The position numbers were made by a program, and so were the translations under genes. A stretch of 64,000 nucleotides of DNA, taken from assembly GCA_045106985.1 (NCBI GenBank), contig JBGCFQ010000005.1:86700-150699 (forward strand), given 5' to 3'. This document shows, one piece after another, positions 57,506-64,000 of this stretch. The number at the start of each line of letters is the position of its first letter. Position 1 is the stretch's first letter. A model generated the notes under the pieces. It did not search any database. It saw nothing but the letters and a program-made list of their open reading frames with translations, and was not told the DNA's origin. Source of the stretch: Pseudomonadales bacterium (lineage in GTDB: Bacteria > Pseudomonadota > Gammaproteobacteria > Pseudomonadales > JAUIET01).

Positions 57506-58759
57506 TTAAGCGCTTCGAGGTAAAGCTGTTCTGAAGTCAGAGCCACTTGGATTTTGAAACAACTGTAAATCGAACTCGGGAATTACGGCAATGATGTGGT
57601 CGAAAATATCGGCCTGTATCGCTTCGTATTGAACCCAGCGTTTTTCCGTACTGAATACGTAAATCTCTATAGGAACACCAGTTTCAGTTGGTTTTAGCTG
57701 CCGTACCAAAAACGTAAGATCCTGGCTGATTTGAGAATGATGTCGTAAATACGCCTGTATATAGGCTCTAAACGTTCCCAAATTCGTCAAGCGTCTGCCG
57801 TTCGCACTGCTGGCTAGATCGATCTGTTGACCACTATTAAACTCATCTACTTCGCGCTGTTTGGTTTGGATATATTCATTGATATGCTGGATTTTAGCGA
57901 AGCGTTCCAACATCGACGCATCACAAAATTTCACAGATGATAGATCGATGCTTACTGAACGCTTAATTCTTCGACCGCCTGAACGCTGCATACCCGCCCA
58001 GTTTTTAAATGAGTCATTTATCAATGCTTGGGTAGGAACGGTGGTAATTGTATTATCGAAGTTACGTACTTTCACGGTCGTCAACGCAATTTCCAGTACG
58101 TCACCATCAACCCCATGTTTTGGCATCTCGATCCAATCGCCGATTGACACCATGCGGTTGGAACTCAATTGCAGGCCAGCCACAAAACCTAATATAGGGT
58201 CTTTAAACACCAACATCAGCACCGCTGTCATTGCGCCTAAACCGGCGATTAACTGTAATGGAGATTCTCCAACCACCATCGATATAAGCGCAATCACAGC
58301 CACAAAGTAGCTGATCAACTTAATAGCTTGGATGAAGCTCTTAATCGGAAAATGCTTGGAAATCTCGAAGCTGCGATAAATGTCTAGCATCACATTCAAC
58401 AGCGCATCGACGAACAACACGATCATTATAATCATGTAGAGCATGCTGCATTTTTCAAGAAATGATGCCAGCTGCGGATAGTCAGGTAACATTGGCGCCG
58501 CCAGCGAGTAGATCACCAGTGCCGGAATAATATGCACTAGACGTCTAAACACATGACGCCTTACAAACAGATCATCGCGTTTTGTATTTCGGCTGCTCAG
58601 CAGCTTTTCAACCAAGCGCAACAATACAACACGACCGAGAAAATGAGCGCACAAGGCAAGGAATGCGATTGTCGCGAGCGCCGCAAACACGCCCGCCACG
58701 CCTTGCTGAGTAAACGAAATAGGAAGAAGGGAGATTAACTGTTCAATTTTTTCATTCAT
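57506..58759 (-). CDS. mechanosensitive ion channel family protein (MscS family, YbdG-size)
   Basis: TM3-beta domain signature FKDPILGFVAGLQLSSNRMVSIGDWIEMP...GDVLEIALTTVKVRNFDNTITTVPTQALI. 417 aa. Confidence 0.8.
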   Translation of the reverse strand: MNEKIEQLISLLPISFTQQGVAGVFAALATIAFLALCAHFLGRVVLLRLVEKLLSSRNTKRDDLFVRRHVFRRLVHIIPALVIYSLAAPMLPDYPQLASFLEKCSMLYMIIMIVLFVDALLNVMLDIYRSFEISKHFPIKSFIQAIKLISYFVAVIALISMVVGESPLQLIAGLGAMTAVLMLVFKDPILGFVAGLQLSSNRMVSIGDWIEMPKHGVDGDVLEIALTTVKVRNFDNTITTVPTQALINDSFKNWAGMQRSGGRRIKRSVSIDLSSVKFCDASMLERFAKIQHINEYIQTKQREVDEFNSGQQIDLASSANGRRLTNLGTFRAYIQAYLRHHSQISQDLTFLVRQLKPTETGVPIEIYVFSTEKRWVQYEAIQADIFDHIIAVIPEFDLQLFQNPSGSDFRTALPRSA

Positions 58760-58859
58760 GACGTGATTCTACACAGAGCCAAGCAAAATTTCAGCGTTGG
58801 TATCGGCTTTCTGTTCGCATCTGGGAATTCAACCCACCGAATTGATGCTGTACTATGTC

Positions 58860-59294
58860 ATGTCTAATAGAGAGGAATGGGCAGTGAACTGGAAATTTTT
58901 CGGCAAAATACACGCCTGGATTTACACCGCCAGTGGCGGGCGCTTTGGCGCCAATGCAGGCCCGCTAAAGATAGCACTGGTAACAACCACTGGCCGAAAG
59001 TCCGGCAAACAGCGTTCTGTGCCCATCGCGTCCTACCCCTATAAAGATTCTGTCGCAGTGTCTGCGTCAAACAGTGGTCAGTCTTCGCACCCTGCATGGT
59101 TTCTTAACATGCAAGCCAACCCAGAAGTCACTGTGCAATTAGGGACCGACAAATATTCAGCCATTGCAGAAGTGGTGGCTGACGAACAACGAGATGAGCT
59201 GTGGGCCATTGCTACAAAAATAAACCCACATCAAAAGGAATATCGCGCCAAAACGGACCGAGAAATTCCTTTGGTTTGGTTTCGGCGCGTGTAG
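58860..59294 (+). CDS. DUF385 / deazaflavin-dependent nitroreductase family protein
   Basis: LVTTTGRKSGKQRSVPI...SNSGQSSHPAWFLNMQANPEVTVQ motif. I prefer the internal start MSNREEW over the track start at 58797. Confidence 0.6.
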   Translation: MSNREEWAVNWKFFGKIHAWIYTASGGRFGANAGPLKIALVTTTGRKSGKQRSVPIASYPYKDSVAVSASNSGQSSHPAWFLNMQANPEVTVQLGTDKYSAIAEVVADEQRDELWAIATKINPHQKEYRAKTDREIPLVWFRRV

Positions 59295-59367
59295 AGCAAG
59301 CTTGCTGATAGCAGAAGAACCGCTATGCAGTAATCGCTAGTTAAGTCGATTTGCCTAAGTGGTGTAT

Positions 59368-61452
59368 CTACTTAGCAGCCGTTTCGATCCATATAGGTGA
59401 TGTCCATGCGCGCTCTTGAATAGTCGGTGAATAAAAAGGCTGAGTGTCAGGGTCAATACAGCATTTACCAAATACATCGCCTTTCGCACCACGTTCTTGC
59501 GCTGCGGCAGTCTCCTTCTCAGCCTGTGCAACACATTGCTCTGAAAATGGATCAACTCCAGCGGCCTTACATTGCAGTGTACTCCAACGACAGCTTGGAT
59601 TTTCTAGCACGCGCGCGTAATAGAAGGCATCCTGAGCGGGATCATATTGCTCGTCTCGCCAAACTGAACACAATGCCTGCGCGCCACTGCCCTTCGGCTT
59701 GCAGCTCAGAGGGTCGACCGACGCGCCATTGCGCGCATTGCCCGCGACGTCAAATACTTGCTCATGTGTCGAGCCGGCAGCGTCTACCCAACCCTTAATA
59801 ATCTGCACACGCTGTAGATCTGTTCCAGGGTGCCCTTCCGAGCCACTGTCCTTTAACGCAGAGACAACGAAACTAGGAGTAGCGCCTTCTGTATTCACCG
59901 CGGACAACTTGCCCCCCATAGGAACACCGCCGGCATAAGCAGATGCCACCATGTCGTCAGACTGACAGAGGTTCTCGTCGTAATCCCACCCACCAAAAAA
60001 TCGAACGATAGGTCGCGTGCCACTCGTGGCATAGGTTTCTTTTCGTCGCATACCGGCAAAAATCGAATCTCTTGCATTTTCCTCGGCCCACACCACGGCA
60101 TGACCGCCCGGATTATCAAAAAAGTGATCTTGTACGTTTCTATAACCTGAGTCGCGTCGGCCTAGATGGCCCGTATAATTATCTTCCTCAGCAGCGCCAG
60201 GTGTGGCGCTGTGTGTATCTGTAGCACCTATAAAACCAAACTGGAATGGATTGGCTCCGCTTTTTTGACGTAGCAGCAAACCATCTTTCAGAGCATTTCT
60301 CGCCATGTTTCTCGACGCGAAGTCTTCCATTGCAACCGCTGCAGCACGATCGGTTGACACCTTTCCGTGCAAGGTTCCAAGCATGCCAAGGTTGTCTGCA
60401 ACAGCTTGCTCAAAATCACATAGCTCATCTTCAGTATCAAGCCCTATGCCGCGCATGCGGTCGAAGCGACATTCAGAACTGGCCTTGTGCTGGGTTAATT
60501 CGATGATTGGCTCGAAGAATATACGATCAACTGTTTCGCGCTGAGACTGAGGATCGCGAAACATCAAACCACCAGACAGATTGGGGTTGTGCGGTATCGC
60601 CAACACATCGCAGCCGGCACCACCATCTATACATTGATCGCGAAGTTGTACCCAAAGATCGGGAAAGTTGTAAGAGCCGGTATCATAGGTAGAAATCGCC
60701 TTCCTGGTTACATTCTCATTGCGGAAAATCACGTTGCGATGCATGTTTTTGTGATCGGGCGCGTCGGTGTATTCGTAACCTACAAAGGTGGTAAAACTGC
60801 ATTCTGAACTGCGGTCGTAATGGTCTTCGGCCGCGTCTTGTATGTTTTGCCAGTAATCCGCATGCCCCTTTTCGCAGTCACCTAATGTACACGCAAAACT
60901 CTTACCGCCCACAGACGTTGCCGCCTTGCCAGCCCAGCCATTCGCGGCAAGCAATTGTACGATGTAGATGTTTGAACGTGTCATCACACAATGTGGCCAC
61001 CAGTAGCCTGCAGACCACGGATCTTCGGTGCACACATTAATGGGGCCCAACAGCTCCGAATGATCGGTAACCGCGGTGAAATCCAAGGGCCGCTGTATCT
61101 GTGCTGTGACGGTTTGCTCACCGTCCTCATCAGGAAGAGTAATAGGCTCACCTTTTGCATAACGGTAGGCGTCCCAAGGGTCATTACGTTGGCTGGAAAT
61201 ATAGGAATCGAACGAGTAGCGCGTATGCACGTGTAAGTCGCCAAACATTGGCTTACGCTGTGCGTCGTAATTTGAACATGGTTCCCGAAGCTCGGTGCGC
61301 TCGAATGGTGCGGCCATTTTACTCGAGGTTTGCGCTGTTTCTGGCGCTTGAGCGAATAGCACGCTAGGTAAAAGCAGTGCCTTGGCAAAAATGACAGCGA
61401 TAACGCCCGTACGCATTGGGATTGCCTTTTTTCGTTTATTTAGGGTCGACAC
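59368..61452 (-). CDS. DUF3604 domain-containing secreted protein (second paralogue)
   Basis: GDLHVHTRYSFDSY opening motif. Shares blocks with the 5209..7449 protein (HKNMHRNVIF / HYGHKNVIF, FGFIG.[ST]D.H, ERAW[TS]SPI[WF]I). The signal peptide may start at the ATG at 61416. Confidence 0.8.
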   Translation of the reverse strand: MSTLNKRKKAIPMRTGVIAVIFAKALLLPSVLFAQAPETAQTSSKMAAPFERTELREPCSNYDAQRKPMFGDLHVHTRYSFDSYISSQRNDPWDAYRYAKGEPITLPDEDGEQTVTAQIQRPLDFTAVTDHSELLGPINVCTEDPWSAGYWWPHCVMTRSNIYIVQLLAANGWAGKAATSVGGKSFACTLGDCEKGHADYWQNIQDAAEDHYDRSSECSFTTFVGYEYTDAPDHKNMHRNVIFRNENVTRKAISTYDTGSYNFPDLWVQLRDQCIDGGAGCDVLAIPHNPNLSGGLMFRDPQSQRETVDRIFFEPIIELTQHKASSECRFDRMRGIGLDTEDELCDFEQAVADNLGMLGTLHGKVSTDRAAAVAMEDFASRNMARNALKDGLLLRQKSGANPFQFGFIGATDTHSATPGAAEEDNYTGHLGRRDSGYRNVQDHFFDNPGGHAVVWAEENARDSIFAGMRRKETYATSGTRPIVRFFGGWDYDENLCQSDDMVASAYAGGVPMGGKLSAVNTEGATPSFVVSALKDSGSEGHPGTDLQRVQIIKGWVDAAGSTHEQVFDVAGNARNGASVDPLSCKPKGSGAQALCSVWRDEQYDPAQDAFYYARVLENPSCRWSTLQCKAAGVDPFSEQCVAQAEKETAAAQERGAKGDVFGKCCIDPDTQPFYSPTIQERAWTSPIWIETAAK

Positions 61453-61559
61453 CGCATGATAGCAAATACAAAAGGGGTCAATTCATTAAATGGCTAGGAA
61501 TGGCTAAAGCTTAAGATCTGTTCTTTCTCCACTCTTTGAACGGACTCCACTTCCCACGT

Positions 61560-62756
61560 CTAACTCTTTTCTGGAGGCCCCTGTTGCCTTACACGCGACT
61601 CAAATTCGGAAACGTCTTGCACTCTATCTGTCTGCAAGTCGATTTGGCCAAGTTTTGGCGTAGCTAACTGCAGGCCTTCAATGACAGAGCAACGATACAC
61701 AAGCTCATTTACGCGGTTAATAGTGCCTGCATAGTGTTTACGCATTGTCGCAGTTACTTTAGTACTTGGTATTCGCTCCAAATAGACCCACAGCGTATAT
61801 TCCAAGGCATCATCACCGGCTGATGTCATGGCCCATTCAAAGGGCTTATTCTCATTGATACAAGCGCGATTGTCTTCAATCGCCATCTTATTCGCACCAC
61901 CAAACATGTCATCTACATTCTTAATCTGCGCATCCATAACGGCAACCCGGGTTTCTCGATTCAGCGATGTAGCGTCGGGGTATCCAATGTTGTATTTTAT
62001 GGCTCTACGGATGCCATCACTGCTAGCGATACGACTAAGATTATCAATTTTACCGTTAAGCAACCGACTGTTTCGCAACAAAGTTCGGTTGTTATTGTGG
62101 ATATCAAACAGCACGGTATAGATAAATGTTATTCGGCTGATGACGAATTCGTCCTTGTAGCCTTCGACCTTGATTAGATCACCGTCTTCAAGCGTTTGCG
62201 AATTCAACATCACCAAACCGCTCAAAACGTCCGGCGCCCACTGACCACTAGTAAACGCTAAAAAAGCAAACACTATGCCGAATATTCCTGTTGTTTCTAG
62301 CAGGCTGTCGGCACCCCAAATTTTAATCAGAACATACAGAGCAACCACAGAAATTATTACAACTAAGACAATGTTCATCAGTCGGCTGCTGTAGGTTTCC
62401 ACATACAGTTCGCTGTCATCCAGCGATTTTTTTCGACCGAAGCGTTTCAACGAGTAATGCGACGCCAACTGAAAAATCAGTAACCCGCCATACACAGCCA
62501 TAAAGGAGTAAGCCAGCCGCATTACATAAGGCGAAAGCTCTGGCAAAACGTTCAAAATCACAATATCAAGTAGAATTAAAATACAGATAATTCCGCTTAC
62601 CATTCTGCCAACCTGCACGCGATAGTCTTGGTCAATGCTCGCCTGCGTAGCAGACACTATGCGCTCGACCGAAAAGAAGAACGCTAAGTTCACCACCAAC
62701 CAAAGTCCGTGAGACGCCCATTGGCTGGCGCTTAGATTGATCGCAAATGTATCCAT
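61560..62756 (-). CDS. MscS-like mechanosensitive channel family protein
   Basis: Four or more TM helices, then LEDGDLIKVEGYKDEFVISRITFIYTVLFDIHNNNRTLLRNSRLL (MscS beta-domain pattern). Confidence 0.55.
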   Translation of the reverse strand: MDTFAINLSASQWASHGLWLVVNLAFFFSVERIVSATQASIDQDYRVQVGRMVSGIICILILLDIVILNVLPELSPYVMRLAYSFMAVYGGLLIFQLASHYSLKRFGRKKSLDDSELYVETYSSRLMNIVLVVIISVVALYVLIKIWGADSLLETTGIFGIVFAFLAFTSGQWAPDVLSGLVMLNSQTLEDGDLIKVEGYKDEFVISRITFIYTVLFDIHNNNRTLLRNSRLLNGKIDNLSRIASSDGIRRAIKYNIGYPDATSLNRETRVAVMDAQIKNVDDMFGGANKMAIEDNRACINENKPFEWAMTSAGDDALEYTLWVYLERIPSTKVTATMRKHYAGTINRVNELVYRCSVIEGLQLATPKLGQIDLQTDRVQDVSEFESRVRQQGPPEKS

Positions 62757-63001
62757 TACTCAACCACAATATCGCTTAAGCCCCTAGTCTAGCGTAAGCG
62801 ATGAGCGTTGGCACTGGAACTTGATGCAAACTACTGCGCCTAGAATCCATATTTCTCTAGAGAATAGGGCACCTTAAAGTGCTCTATGACGGTATAATAG
62901 GAAAGAGCTAACGGCAATCGCCGACTACACACTCCCCCTTGGTATCAGTTGGTGCTAACACCAATTATCTGGACAGGCCCATTTAGAGTAATTGTAAGAC
63001 C

Positions 63002-63706
63002 ATGCAACAGAAAAAATCAGTTGTGCTACTCAGCGGCGGACTTGACTCCTCAACCGTACTCTCTATTGCCAAGCAAGAAGGCTATGAGTGCTATGCACTT
63101 TCTTTTAATTATGGTCAAAGACATTCCTTTGAGTTAGAAGCCGCAGCGGCTGTTGCCGCCGCCACAGGTGTTGCTGAACATTTGGTAGCCGACATCGATC
63201 TTCGAATGTTTGGCGGCTCGGCATTAACCGCTGAAATAGATGTACCCAAAGAACGTTCTAACAATGAGATAGGCGAAGGCATTCCTATTACCTATGTGCC
63301 TGCCAGAAATACAGTGTTTCTTTCTTTTGCTCTGGCATGGGCCGAAGTTCTAGGCGCCGATGATATTTACATAGGGGTTAACGCCGTAGACTATTCCGGG
63401 TACCCGGATTGCCGGCCGGAGTACATAGAAGCATTCCAGACCATGGCAAACCTGGCAACAAAAGCGGGCGTTGAAGGTAAGCAAAAAATCAAGATCCGTA
63501 TGCCTCTGGCTGAGTTGAGCAAAGCACAAATTATTGAACAAGGCATTAGCCTAGGCGTTGATTACGGCATTACCAGCAGCTGTTACGATCCTCTGCCTAG
63601 CGGTCAGCCCTGCCAACACTGCGACTCCTGTATTCTGAGGGCGAAGGGCTTTGCCGAAGCAGACCGTGCCGACCCATTAATAGAACGCTTCAGTGCAGCG
63701 CTGTGA
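63002..63706 (+). CDS. queC: 7-cyano-7-deazaguanine synthase
   Basis: PP-loop [12 protein letters not shown] and the C-terminal zinc cluster SCY...CQHCDSC. Confidence 0.92.
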   Translation: MQQKKSVVLLSGGLDSSTVLSIAKQEGYECYALSFNYGQRHSFELEAAAAVAAATGVAEHLVADIDLRMFGGSALTAEIDVPKERSNNEIGEGIPITYVPARNTVFLSFALAWAEVLGADDIYIGVNAVDYSGYPDCRPEYIEAFQTMANLATKAGVEGKQKIKIRMPLAELSKAQIIEQGISLGVDYGITSSCYDPLPSGQPCQHCDSCILRAKGFAEADRADPLIERFSAAL

Positions 63707-64000
63707 AGAAACGAGTATTTTACGCTGCGACTCAGCGCTTTGAGGCCGCCCGACAGATTGAGTCGCTTTCGGCTGAACATCCAGCAAGGCGCCTCCATGG
63801 TCATGGTTTTCGAGCAAACATTCGAACTGAACTTGCCGACACTTGGGCTCCCTTCGCTGGAGCTGAAACGTCAGCGCTAGCTTCATTACTGAATGAATCG
63901 CTGGAACCGCTCGACTATCAGTTATTGAATGAATGCGTGCCCTGCCCCACTGACGAAAACCTGGCTTACTGGCTAAAGACCAAACTTGCACAGTTGCCGG
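63703..64000 (+). CDS. 6-carboxytetrahydropterin synthase (QueD/PTPS family)-like, 3' partial
   Basis: A GTG overlaps the queC stop (GTGA). The frame stays open to the window edge: [16 protein letters not shown]...[12 protein letters not shown]...LDYQLLNE...[10 protein letters not shown], matching the PTPS/QueD His and PT.EN blocks. Confidence 0.5.
   Translation, partial: MKKRVFYAATQRFEAARQIESLSAEHPARRLHGHGFRANIRTELADTWAPFAGAETSALASLLNESLEPLDYQLLNECVPCPTDENLAYWLKTKLAQLP

Noticed and set aside
62940-63001. Small hairpin TTGGTG-CTAA-CACCAA upstream of queC, considered as a preQ1 riboswitch
   Set aside because: The loop is too small, and the conserved preQ1-I loop nucleotides and A-rich tail pairing are absent. 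It does not fit the known consensus.

Overview
64-kb chromosomal window from a Gram-negative bacterium, probably a marine gammaproteobacterium (inferred from gene content: HslO, PutA, SelO, QueC/QueD, MltB, DUF3604, TAT and lipoprotein signals). About 55 protein-coding genes. I saw no rRNA, tRNA or CRISPR array by eye. The flanks (1-12.7 kb and 34.4-64 kb) are ordinary, fairly GC-rich housekeeping and metabolic genes. The middle (about 12.76-34.29 kb) looks like an accessory mosaic. It is visibly more AT-rich and carries three IS-derived elements: a decayed IS3-family remnant at 12.76-13.39 kb, a structurally complete but nonsense-mutated IS3/IS407-group element at 19.10-20.29 kb, and an IS21 IstB remnant at 34.03-34.29 kb. 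The most interesting content is a minus-strand operon at 20.4-25.0 kb. A 53-codon gene, too short for the ORF track (24850..25011), encodes a textbook double-glycine-leader peptide with a 31-aa cationic, aromatic-rich core. After it come a divergent LpxL/lipid-A-acyltransferase-like protein, a HlyD-type adaptor and a C39-peptidase ABC exporter; these three are linked by overlapping stop/start codons. I read this as a candidate acyl-modified (or acyltransferase-protected) bacteriocin/microcin export system, an arrangement I do not know to have been described. Directly upstream lie an AraC regulator, a dual-FHA protein and a membrane Hanks-type Ser/Thr kinase. A response regulator / HD-GYP / histidine kinase set is transcribed divergently from them. 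All functional calls come from motif recognition by eye on the supplied translations. No database search was run.
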